Shown piece after piece: positions 48,214 to 57,540 of a stretch of DNA of 64,000 bases. The stretch comes from Flavobacteriales bacterium. Lineage in GTDB: Bacteria > Bacteroidota > Bacteroidia > Flavobacteriales_D > Crocinitomicaceae. The number at the start of each line of letters is the position of its first letter. The stretch's first letter is position 1. The stretch lies in NCBI GenBank assembly GCA_947500875.1, contig CANMUN010000007.1:2244-66243 (forward strand), given 5' to 3'. Under the pieces are notes generated by a model. That model did not search any database, was not told the origin of the DNA, and saw nothing but the letters and a program-made list of their open reading frames with translations. A program made the translations under genes and the position numbers.

Positions 48214-48816
48214 ATGTTAGAAAAGGTTCAGTATGGAATTGACGAAAGCGTAGTAACTACTGCATATTTGAAAGTAAAGTCAGTTTCAGTATTTGACGAC
48301 GAAAAAATTCTATCCACGTTGAACAATCCGAAATATCCAATTGCTTTTGAAAATGATTTTCTTCTATTGAAATTAAAGTTATGGATGGGCAGCGTTGGGG
48401 TCCAAGGCAGTGTTAGTTTATTGCTTCCACCTATCGATTTCGATATTGATGATCTTTGGGATTTTTGTCGAAAGGCAGGAATGTGGGATGTGTGGTCGTT
48501 CTTGTCTTTTCAATATCAGTATGACCAGAACTTAAATTCATTCATTGTAATGAATTACAACAGAGGGAACTTTTTTGAAAATGATTTAATGATTTATCAG
48601 AGCATTAGGTTGGATGAGCTGATTGTAGAGGAGGAGTCTTTTGATTCAATTGACGATCTTTTATCCTCTTCCCCGCAAGAATTTGAATTCCCAGAGGGAG
48701 TAACAGATGATTTTTATTACAAAGGATTTTATGCCAAGGCAATTACAGAGAATTTTCTAAATGTTTTAATGCGAATTTGGGAATTTGAGGTAATTGATAA
48801 TCCGATGGAGGCTTAA
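48214..48816 (+). CDS. hypothetical protein (first gene of the sspA-side operon)
   Basis: 200-aa acidic ORF in AT-rich DNA. Its stop lies 2 nt before the cysteine desulfurase start. No recognisable motif. Confidence 0.5.
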   Translation: MLEKVQYGIDESVVTTAYLKVKSVSVFDDEKILSTLNNPKYPIAFENDFLLLKLKLWMGSVGVQGSVSLLLPPIDFDIDDLWDFCRKAGMWDVWSFLSFQYQYDQNLNSFIVMNYNRGNFFENDLMIYQSIRLDELIVEEESFDSIDDLLSSSPQEFEFPEGVTDDFYYKGFYAKAITENFLNVLMRIWEFEVIDNPMEA

Positions 48817-48818
48817 CT

Positions 48819-49886
48819 ATGAACGAGACTAAATTACCTAAGTATCTTGACGCTGCCGCAACAACCCCTGTTGATCCTAGGGTTGTGGATGCAATGCTTC
48901 CTTATTTTACAGAGATTTTTGGAAATGCGAGCAGTAATCATGTTTATGGTAAACAAGCAAAACGCGCTATTGAAGTGGCTCGTAATCATATTGCTCAACT
49001 TCTAAATTCGGATTCAAAAGAGATTTATTTTACATCAGGGGCAACGGAAGCAATCAATTGGGCACTCAAGGGTTTTTTAGAGGCAAATCCTGAAAAAGGA
49101 AATCACATAATTACGGTAAAAACGGAGCACAAAGCCGTTTTAAATACGTGTGAATATCTTGAAACGAAAGGATACGAAGTAACTTACTTAAATGTTGATG
49201 AAAACGGATTAATCAGCTTTGAAGAATTGCAGCAGGCAATTTCATCTCAAACTGCCTTGATATGTATCATGTATGTGAACAATGAAATTGGTGTAATTCA
49301 GGATATACCTGAAATTGGTAAAATTGCTCAAGAAAATAATGTAACATTTTTTTGCGATGCAACACAAGCCATTGGTAAAGTTCCAGTTGATGTAGTCTTA
49401 GACAAAGTTGATATGCTTTGCTTATCTGCGCATAAATTCAATGGACCAAAGGGAATTGGCGCCTTGTATGTCAGAAAAGGGATAAGAATCAATCCTCTTA
49501 TACACGGTGGAGGGCAGGAGAAAGGGCTTAGAGCAGGGACCTATAATACGCCCTTAATTGTTGGGCTTGGCGAAGCGTCAAAAATGGCAAAAGATGAGTT
49601 CGAAGGGCGTGTTGAGCAATTGAAAATCAAACGATCCGAAATCGAGAATTACTTTGTTTCAAATAATTATGGAACAATTAACTTCAAAAACCAGCTAACG
49701 GCCCCGCATATATTAAGCGTATCGCTGAATGAGCAGGACGCCGAGGACTTTCTGATTGAGAAAAATCAGGAGTTCGTGGCATCAACGGGGAGTGCGTGTA
49801 ATTCTAATGTTATTATGCATTCACATGTATTAAAAGCGATGAAAATAAATGATCTTGTTAGGTTTTTAAGGATTAGTTTAAAATAA
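48819..49886 (+). CDS. sspA: cysteine desulfurase (class V aminotransferase; SspA/DndA-like)
   Basis: N-terminal YLDAAATTPVDPRV, the PLP-lysine block SAHKFNGPKG and the catalytic Cys block STGSACNS. The gene lies in the same AT-rich block as sspBCDE. Confidence 0.8.
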   Translation: MNETKLPKYLDAAATTPVDPRVVDAMLPYFTEIFGNASSNHVYGKQAKRAIEVARNHIAQLLNSDSKEIYFTSGATEAINWALKGFLEANPEKGNHIITVKTEHKAVLNTCEYLETKGYEVTYLNVDENGLISFEELQQAISSQTALICIMYVNNEIGVIQDIPEIGKIAQENNVTFFCDATQAIGKVPVDVVLDKVDMLCLSAHKFNGPKGIGALYVRKGIRINPLIHGGGQEKGLRAGTYNTPLIVGLGEASKMAKDEFEGRVEQLKIKRSEIENYFVSNNYGTINFKNQLTAPHILSVSLNEQDAEDFLIEKNQEFVASTGSACNSNVIMHSHVLKAMKINDLVRFLRISLK

Positions 49887-49890
49887 AAAT

Positions 49891-51603
49891 ATGATAGAAA
49901 ATAAAGAAACAGAATTTGAGATACACGGATTTGTAGAACAAGACACCGCTTTAGAGAGTATGAGAGCGTCAGATTTCGATTGCTATTCAGCTTATGGTGA
50001 GGTAATTGATAACTCGATTCAAGCGAATGCGACGGATATTCGACTTCAATTCGAGGAGCGAAAAGATAGACAAAACACTACCTCAAAAAAAATAGGAAGG
50101 GTTTTATTTGCTGATAATGGTCATGGAATGGATGTTGACCTTCTACATAAATGTTTAAAATTGGGTCATTCAAGTCGATATAATGATCGATCAGGAATAG
50201 GAAGATTTGGAGTCGGAATGACTTTAGGAGCAATTCATGAATGCAGAAGGATTGAGGTTTATTCGAAAATAACTTCTGGAAATTGGCACTACACATACCT
50301 AGATCTAGATGAAATAAAAGATGGGAAATTGAAGTTTCTGCCAAGTCCGATTCCCAAAAAACCGGATGAAGAATTAGCCGAATATATAATCGACTCAGGT
50401 ACTCTTGTAATATGGAGTAAATATGACAAGCAATTCGAGAAATACGAAAATATAATCAATCAAAGTGAATTCTGGATAGGCAGAACGTTTAGGAAGTTTA
50501 TTTGGGGAGAAGCCAAAGGTTATGACTCTGTAATAATTAGAATGAATGGTAGGATAATAAAAGCATTTGACCCATTATTTGTAACAAAAAAATTGACAGG
50601 TTTCGAAGAAGAACCACAAGCACAATTATTACCAACTCAAGTTATTTCATGGTCCGTCCCAACGGAAGCGAATTCGAGTAAACAGAAATCTGATATTGAT
50701 ATTAAAGTTTCATTACTTCCAGATGAGTATCGAAGAGATGCAGGCCAAGGAGGTGATAAATTCTCTCAAGAGAGATATATACATGAAAATGAAGGGATAT
50801 CAATTTTAAGAAATGATAGAGAAGTTTTCTATGGTCATATTCCGCATACTGTGAAATTAGGAAATAGTGAAGCAGATCAAATGGTCAATAGATTTATTGG
50901 ATGTGAAATTTCTTTTGATGCGGAATTAGACCTTGAATTTGAAGTTAAGAACATAAAAAGAGGTGCAAAACCTGTCCGCGAATTAAAAGAGAAAATAGTT
51001 GAACAAATTGCACCTACTTTCAGAAGCTTACGTGAGCAAATTCGAAATAGATGGAATGAAAGGAAAAGGGAAGATGAAGCCAATGTATCGAACGAAAATG
51101 CCGAAATAGGCGTATCGGGTACACATAGTTTAACAAATAAATTTTTAAAGGAAACAAAGGAAACTTTACTGAAAAATAACAAAGCTAACAAAGTAGAAAA
51201 TGATGAAAAAATTGCAAAAAAGGTAAATCCTGAGGCGGATGGTGATCAAATTCAGCAAGTTATCGAAGCATTGAAACAAAATGGTATTACTATCGATGAG
51301 AGAGAATTTATCGGTGATGCTTTTATTGATATTGAACACGGGAATCAGTTAAAGACTATTTTTTATAATACTAATTCAACCTTTTTTAAGGCCTATAGTG
51401 AAATCCTTGATGAATTAAAAGGCGAAAATGCTGAGCTTGCCAATAAGTATAGAGTGCTAATGGATTTAATTTTTGTTGGCTACATGTTAGCCGAATCAAC
51501 AATTGATCCTAATGAAAAAATGGATGGAGCGACATTTACTGATGAGATTAAACAATATTGGTCGATTAACTTATCCAAGATTTTAAAGAAATGGAACAGT
51601 TAG
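49891..51603 (+). CDS. GHKL-type ATPase (HATPase_c_3 / MORC-like)
   Basis: Bergerat-fold motifs: N box EVIDNSIQANA, G1 box DNGHGMD, G2 box GRFGVGMTLGA. It is the first gene of a three-gene ATPase/helicase/PLD set. Confidence 0.8.
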   Translation: MIENKETEFEIHGFVEQDTALESMRASDFDCYSAYGEVIDNSIQANATDIRLQFEERKDRQNTTSKKIGRVLFADNGHGMDVDLLHKCLKLGHSSRYNDRSGIGRFGVGMTLGAIHECRRIEVYSKITSGNWHYTYLDLDEIKDGKLKFLPSPIPKKPDEELAEYIIDSGTLVIWSKYDKQFEKYENIINQSEFWIGRTFRKFIWGEAKGYDSVIIRMNGRIIKAFDPLFVTKKLTGFEEEPQAQLLPTQVISWSVPTEANSSKQKSDIDIKVSLLPDEYRRDAGQGGDKFSQERYIHENEGISILRNDREVFYGHIPHTVKLGNSEADQMVNRFIGCEISFDAELDLEFEVKNIKRGAKPVRELKEKIVEQIAPTFRSLREQIRNRWNERKREDEANVSNENAEIGVSGTHSLTNKFLKETKETLLKNNKANKVENDEKIAKKVNPEADGDQIQQVIEALKQNGITIDEREFIGDAFIDIEHGNQLKTIFYNTNSTFFKAYSEILDELKGENAELANKYRVLMDLIFVGYMLAESTIDPNEKMDGATFTDEIKQYWSINLSKILKKWNS

Positions 51604-51664
51604 TAATCGAGGACCAAATAGAATTAACATTGGATATTGTAAATCAAAGAAATTCTCGCGGACT

Positions 51665-53281
51665 ATGATATTGAAGCAATTAAATTTCAGTTATTTAACT
51701 AAGCATTTAGGTGTCGATATTTTTAATCTATTCAAATCTACCTTCGAAGCTGTTTCCGAAGATGGACACTTTGAAAACAATTTTGGAGATAAGGAAATAG
51801 CTTGCTTGTTGTTTGAACAAACAATTCCTGATAATTTTTTTGAATCTAAAACCAACTTGAGTTTATTCTGTAATGCTTTACCAGAAATTACCCAGAAGAA
51901 AATCAGTGGTGATCTGAATTGTCACAGAATCGAGGATCTTAAATGGAACAAAGAAACATCAAACTATTTTATCACTGTATTAGGTCTAAATTCAAAATTC
52001 GAATTAAAAGAAGATAAGATAGAAAATGAATTAATCGGCACAGCAATGACATTTGAAAAGCCTGACTTTTCCTTTAAATCCCTAAAGGAATATCAGGCTG
52101 GTGTTTTTTATCCTGTTTATGAATATATAAGTCAAACACCGTATGCGAGGTGCATAATCCAAATGCCTACAGGTTCTGGAAAAACAAGAACAGCAATGGA
52201 AATAGTTTGCGCAACTATAAATGACAAACAAAGAGATGTCATTTGGCTTGCAAACACCCAAGAGTTATGTGATCAAGCATTTTACACCTTTACAGAAATT
52301 TGGACTTTTCTCAGAAAAATAAGGTCTAGGGCAGTCAATCATATGAGGTTAGACTCTAAGCTTGAAGAATCTCCCTTACCGACTTTTCATGTTTCCTCTC
52401 TGCAAGGTTTAAAACCTGAATCAATTGAAGAGAAATTGAGGCAGAAAGGAATTGATAGAGATAATCTTGAGTTAGTAATTGTGGATGAAGCACATATTTC
52501 CATAGCGCCGACATATAGAAAAACAATAGAGTATTTGATACAAGGTGGTGCTAAATTAATTGGATTAACAGCCACCCCAGGAAGACAATTAAAAAGCTCC
52601 GGAAATGATGAAAACAAGTTGTTGAGCGATTTTTATTTCAATAAACTTTTTGAGCTCAGTACAGGAGATGAATTGCCTATTGATTATCTGAGATCAAAAG
52701 GAATTTTAGCAAATGCTAAATTCATTTCAATTGAAGGCACAAAAGTTGAAAATATCCTAACATTGAATGAAATATCTAACTGGAAAGAAAATAAAGTAAT
52801 CCCGAAGAAAATAGAGACATTGTTAACTAATGATGTAAATAGGAATGCGGTTATTTTTGATGAATTAGTGCAGCTTCTTAATAAGGGTAAGAAGATTATT
52901 TTCTTTGCAACATCTATAGAACATTCTAAATTAATAACAACATTATTGAATATCAAAGGATTTAAAGCTCAACATTTGGATGGAAACAGCGGCAAATATC
53001 GATCGCAAATCATAAAAAGTTTTAAAAATAATGAAACACAAATTCTTTCTAATTATGGTGTATTAAGTACTGGATTTGATGATCCGAAAATAGATGTTGT
53101 ATTTATGGCAAGACCAACAAATTCAATAGTTCTATATAGTCAAATTATAGGACGAGGATTAAGAGGCCCCATAATTGGAGGGACCGATTATTGTGAAATC
53201 TACACAGTTTTTGATAATATACTTGATCTTCCAGAAAACAACGAAATCTATTCATATTTTGACGATTATTTTCAAGAATAA
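51665..53281 (+). CDS. SF2 (DEAD/DEAH-like, ResIII-type) helicase
   Basis: Motif I MPTGSGKTRTA, motif II VIVDEAH, motif III GLTATPGR, and motif VI QIIGRGLRG. Confidence 0.85.
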   Translation: MILKQLNFSYLTKHLGVDIFNLFKSTFEAVSEDGHFENNFGDKEIACLLFEQTIPDNFFESKTNLSLFCNALPEITQKKISGDLNCHRIEDLKWNKETSNYFITVLGLNSKFELKEDKIENELIGTAMTFEKPDFSFKSLKEYQAGVFYPVYEYISQTPYARCIIQMPTGSGKTRTAMEIVCATINDKQRDVIWLANTQELCDQAFYTFTEIWTFLRKIRSRAVNHMRLDSKLEESPLPTFHVSSLQGLKPESIEEKLRQKGIDRDNLELVIVDEAHISIAPTYRKTIEYLIQGGAKLIGLTATPGRQLKSSGNDENKLLSDFYFNKLFELSTGDELPIDYLRSKGILANAKFISIEGTKVENILTLNEISNWKENKVIPKKIETLLTNDVNRNAVIFDELVQLLNKGKKIIFFATSIEHSKLITTLLNIKGFKAQHLDGNSGKYRSQIIKSFKNNETQILSNYGVLSTGFDDPKIDVVFMARPTNSIVLYSQIIGRGLRGPIIGGTDYCEIYTVFDNILDLPENNEIYSYFDDYFQE

Positions 53282-53289
53282 TCAAACAT

Positions 53290-54249
53290 ATGCTCTTCAA
53301 AAGTGGACATAATTTAGATCGTTCGGTAAAAGGATTTATCGAAGCAAATGATCAAATAACGATTTTTTCAGCCTACATAAAACTTGATCAATTAGAAGCG
53401 TACAATTTTAAAGGAAATATTGATAGAATTGTGGTTCGTTGGGAGGTTGAAGACCTTGTTAAAGAGGTGTCTGATTTTCAAGTTCTATATGAATTTTGCA
53501 AGAATTATAATATTGCTCTGTATCGCAATACAAGAATTCATCTTAAAGCTGTATGGAATAACGAGAATTCAGTTCTTTTTGGTTCTGCCAACCTAACTGG
53601 TAAAGGAATGGGGGAGAGGGGAACAAATTTCAATTATGAATTAGCAGGTATTGCCAATCCAATTTCATTTGATGATTTTTCATATTTAAATCACATCATC
53701 CAAGTAAGCGAACTAGTTAATGATAAACTTTTTCTTGAGTTAAAGAATATCGTAGATGAAATTGAATTACCCACAATTGATATCCCCGTGCTACCGACAA
53801 AAAAGAGTATGGAGGATGAGTTTTTATTATCGCAGTTACCTATGACCGCATCACCAAGTGTGTTCCTTGAAATTCTGGCGGACCCTTATACTTTTTGCCT
53901 TGAGGATCAATTAAAAGCAGCGCATGATAAGGCGCTGTATGAGGTGAATATCCAAGCCTCAACAACTGAAATGTATTCACAATTGAAAGAGAAATTTAAC
54001 AGTATGTCCATAATCAGAAAATTGAAGACGGACATTATGGAAAGTCCGAGAAATTCAATGGGATATGGTCAAGTTGTACGGTGGATTCAGGAAAATACTA
54101 CATCTGTTCCTACACCCATGAGCTGGGAGATCAAAAAAGAACAATTTGTTAATAATTTATACGAATGGATGTGTATCTTTGACAGTAGCTTTTCATGGGA
54201 AACTCCATCACATTCTCAAATTATTTATTATTGTCAATTAGAAGGCTAA
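53290..54249 (+). CDS. PLD-family (HKD-motif) nuclease-like protein
   Basis: A single HKD-like motif HLKAVWNNENSVLFGSANLT at nt 53539-53592. This is HxK(x)4N(x)6GSxN, with Asn at the usual Asp position. Confidence 0.7.
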   Translation: MLFKSGHNLDRSVKGFIEANDQITIFSAYIKLDQLEAYNFKGNIDRIVVRWEVEDLVKEVSDFQVLYEFCKNYNIALYRNTRIHLKAVWNNENSVLFGSANLTGKGMGERGTNFNYELAGIANPISFDDFSYLNHIIQVSELVNDKLFLELKNIVDEIELPTIDIPVLPTKKSMEDEFLLSQLPMTASPSVFLEILADPYTFCLEDQLKAAHDKALYEVNIQASTTEMYSQLKEKFNSMSIIRKLKTDIMESPRNSMGYGQVVRWIQENTTSVPTPMSWEIKKEQFVNNLYEWMCIFDSSFSWETPSHSQIIYYCQLEG

Positions 54250-56409
54250 CTATCCCTTTAAACTAGTCAATTCTTTTTGAAGTTCAGTTTTCAATTCTTC
54301 AAATCTTCTTTCCAAAACTCGTTTATAAAAATCTTGTTCAAGTTCTTGCGGACCTTTTGTGAATACTGTTTCGACGGGTAGAGGCAAACAATGACCAAAT
54401 CTGGCGGCAGCAGAAATAAAGGATAAATAATGTAGTGGCTCGTGAGTTCCTATCTCACGATTTGAAGTTTTTGAAATGAAAGTTCTATTTAGTGGACTGT
54501 TTAAAATATGTTTTTTATCCAATCTTAATTCTTTGGTGGATTCATATATGGATTTAGAGCTATTTAATGGACAAATATGATGATCCTCAATTGTCAACTC
54601 CCTTTCCTCACCTTTGTACGTGAATTTTTTATTAGATACAATATCCCACGAATTTAAACGAACGACATTTCCGTTTTCTAAGAAGTCATATGGTTGTTTA
54701 CTAATTATAAATTGAAGTATTGCATTGTGAATGTTGGTATTTATATCAACTTCACTATTGTTTCTTAGTAAAACCTCTTTATCCGAATAATCTTCAACAT
54801 TAAGTATTTTATCATATCTCTTTTCTATTGCTTGATTACTTTTCCTTAAATGTTCTTTGAGTGTAACCATATCTTCTTTCGATTGCTGATTCTGATCCAT
54901 TCGATAATATCCGCCAAATAAAGAAGTCCAATACCAATACTCAATTTTATCGATTGCCTTTTTATTCTGCCATGTTTTATCATTTGCCAAGCAATACGCA
55001 ATGGGTAAAAGCATCAATTTATAAGGAATTTTTTCGATTGAAACAACTCCACATCTGAAATGTAAAAAGGAATATGCCCTCAGTACGCTAGTTATCGCAA
55101 GTTGATAATTATCATTAATCTGTTTTTCATTTAATTCTAGAATTTTATTTCTTTTCAAATGGTCAATAGTGATTTTAGCTTTCGACTCATCTAGTCCACA
55201 ATGCGAAATCACTGATAGCATCTGTAGAAATCTAGATTTCAAATCAGTCGTTAAAGAATTATCTTCAATACATCCTATCAAAACAGGGTTATATTTCGTT
55301 GGCTTGTCACCTTGAATTGTTGATGTAATTGACTTTGGTAAATCGAAACCTAATCTTACCTCTTCAACCAGCCTATATGTCAACTGTTTTAATACTCTAT
55401 TTCTTGCCGATTTTGCAACTACCAAATCATATTCATCCAAAGGAGTTCCGGGTTGATTAATAACTTCAAATATAGCAAACGCACGCCCGATTTCTTTACT
55501 TTCAAGCTTCATTTCTACTACTGTATTATTTATTAGTCCAAGGAAAAAATCTGTGGTTTCTTTGATCCAAGCAGCTTTTAAAGAACTCCATGTATCTCTT
55601 ATTTTTTCTTCATCCTTATTTTCTAAATAATCCTTTATTGAATCATCTATTCCTGTTAGAATATCTATTATCATTGATTCATTCCCTTCAACTTCGGCTT
55701 GTATTTCTTCAAGCCGTTTTGAGGCAATTTTAGTGATAACTAATTTTATTAACTTATGGCCATTAACATTAGATATGTCATAAAGTGGAATCAAGAAGTC
55801 CTCAGACAATTTATCTGCAATTTTCAATCTTCTTTCAGCTGAAGTACAATAGTTTTTTTTATCTTTTTTAGGGTTGTATCCAGGGTGAAAATATTTTTGT
55901 GAATCTTTCGAGTATATAGCCTTTTGCTCAATAAAAGGTTCAAGCATAGAGGGTTCTAAATTAAAAAACACTTCTTTTTCAAACCTAAGTGAGCTTAAAC
56001 CGAAATAGTCTATTCCATTTTTGCAACTAACGTTTAAGTATGACCTATATTTAAGATCTTTATATAAGTTATCCCAAACCTGTCTCCAATTTTCGGGTTT
56101 ATCCTCATCGTAAAGATTAAAGAATGTGTTTTTCAAAGTAGAAAATCTTTGTTGTCCATCAAGCAAGTATACACAACTATTAGCAGCGTCAATATCGTTG
56201 TTATAACAAACAGCCCTAGCTGCAAAATCATCATTCTTCCCTTCGAGACTCAAGAAATTACCTGTAGGTAAATTAACGATAAATGATGATAATAATGTTT
56301 TTTGTTTTTCTGATTTCCAAACAAAATCTCTTTGAAAATTAGGTAATACGAACTCGTTGTTTTCGCTTCTATCTATCAATGAACTGAGTGTTGGTTCTTT
56401 TACTTCCAT
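54250..56409 (-). CDS. sspE: SspE-like PT-sensing restriction component (DUF262 + DUF1524/HNH-like)
   Basis: N-terminal FVLPNFQRDFVWKSEKQ and LLDGQQRFSTL. C-terminal EDHHICPLNS...NSPLNRTFISKTSN. It is the last gene of the sspBCD operon. Confidence 0.8.
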   Translation of the reverse strand: MEVKEPTLSSLIDRSENNEFVLPNFQRDFVWKSEKQKTLLSSFIVNLPTGNFLSLEGKNDDFAARAVCYNNDIDAANSCVYLLDGQQRFSTLKNTFFNLYDEDKPENWRQVWDNLYKDLKYRSYLNVSCKNGIDYFGLSSLRFEKEVFFNLEPSMLEPFIEQKAIYSKDSQKYFHPGYNPKKDKKNYCTSAERRLKIADKLSEDFLIPLYDISNVNGHKLIKLVITKIASKRLEEIQAEVEGNESMIIDILTGIDDSIKDYLENKDEEKIRDTWSSLKAAWIKETTDFFLGLINNTVVEMKLESKEIGRAFAIFEVINQPGTPLDEYDLVVAKSARNRVLKQLTYRLVEEVRLGFDLPKSITSTIQGDKPTKYNPVLIGCIEDNSLTTDLKSRFLQMLSVISHCGLDESKAKITIDHLKRNKILELNEKQINDNYQLAITSVLRAYSFLHFRCGVVSIEKIPYKLMLLPIAYCLANDKTWQNKKAIDKIEYWYWTSLFGGYYRMDQNQQSKEDMVTLKEHLRKSNQAIEKRYDKILNVEDYSDKEVLLRNNSEVDINTNIHNAILQFIISKQPYDFLENGNVVRLNSWDIVSNKKFTYKGEERELTIEDHHICPLNSSKSIYESTKELRLDKKHILNSPLNRTFISKTSNREIGTHEPLHYLSFISAAARFGHCLPLPVETVFTKGPQELEQDFYKRVLERRFEELKTELQKELTSLKG

Positions 56410-56421
56410 TATTAAGATTTA

Positions 56422-57540
56422 TTATACAAAACAACTTGCACAACCTTCTCCATCGGCGTCCAAAATCTGGTCCTGCCATGATTTCGATTGGTTATTACGA
56501 TTAATACGAAGGTAGTGTTCTCTTTTGATATTGGCAATTCGAATTGGATTACGTAATTCCTCTAACGTTTCAGAATCCATCCATGAATAGCCATCTTTTT
56601 CATATTCCATGGCCTTTTCAAATAAATCAGCATGATGCTCAAGTAACCAGACCCATTCAATTTTTTGTTGGTAAAAACAAAAGAAACAACCGGATCGGCT
56701 TCTGCTATAGGTTCCTTTTTTCAGTTCCCCATTGATCTCAACTTCATATTCCAAAGGCTTATAGTAAGCAGGAATCCCAACACCCGAGTCTTCAAGAATT
56801 TTAAAAATATCCTCCAATACCAAGTTGTCCTCATTATCAACTAGTGGGAAATGATCAAGCTTTCCGACGGGATAATCCGTTGATTTAAGCATTTCAAAAA
56901 CAATTTTATTGTACGACGAGACCGAAATGTCTAATAGGGCATTCAGTTTTTGCTTAAGAGAAAAAGTAGGCGAAATAGGTTTTTCAGCAAATTCCAAAAA
57001 TCGGTTCACAAAATGCGTTGGAATATTGGTTTTTACATGTTCACAGAATGTGCCTAGTTTACCGTTAGACAGGACCAATTTATTTACATCCTCACTCCAA
57101 ATATTTCTTCTAAAAGGAAAGATGGATTGTACCGTCTGTTTTTTGGAAATATAACCGTCTCTATCCTCATCACCTCTAATGCCCACGTAGGAAATAGTAG
57201 GCAATTCCCCAATGTAATTTTCAAAGGGTTCTAATTTCAGTTTTTTGGTGCACCACCTAGAAGTAGAAGAGGGTAGATACCCACCGTACATAGAAAGAAA
57301 ATGATCGAAGGGACTTTTATCAGCTACGTTATGTAAATCAACGGCATCCAATTTTTTAATGGATTTGCCCATTTTACTTTCAAGCCGGTCAATCAGTTTA
57401 TAGGTTTCGTCAAGTTCTCGACCGGTATCACTGGTGTAATATTCAATGTCTAGCTCAGGATACAAAGCATTCAAATAAATAGCTAACGCAGCACTGTCTT
57501 TACCTCCGGAAATCCCTAATATGTGTCTTACCTTTGTCAT
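56422..57540 (-). CDS. sspD: PAPS-reductase-family ATP pyrophosphatase (SspD-like)
   Basis: PP-loop ILGISGGKDSAA and Cys clusters (SGCFFCFYQ, GEGCASCF). Its start overlaps the stop of the upstream ATPase gene by 4 nt. Confidence 0.85.
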   Translation of the reverse strand: MTKVRHILGISGGKDSAALAIYLNALYPELDIEYYTSDTGRELDETYKLIDRLESKMGKSIKKLDAVDLHNVADKSPFDHFLSMYGGYLPSSTSRWCTKKLKLEPFENYIGELPTISYVGIRGDEDRDGYISKKQTVQSIFPFRRNIWSEDVNKLVLSNGKLGTFCEHVKTNIPTHFVNRFLEFAEKPISPTFSLKQKLNALLDISVSSYNKIVFEMLKSTDYPVGKLDHFPLVDNEDNLVLEDIFKILEDSGVGIPAYYKPLEYEVEINGELKKGTYSRSRSGCFFCFYQQKIEWVWLLEHHADLFEKAMEYEKDGYSWMDSETLEELRNPIRIANIKREHYLRINRNNQSKSWQDQILDADGEGCASCFV

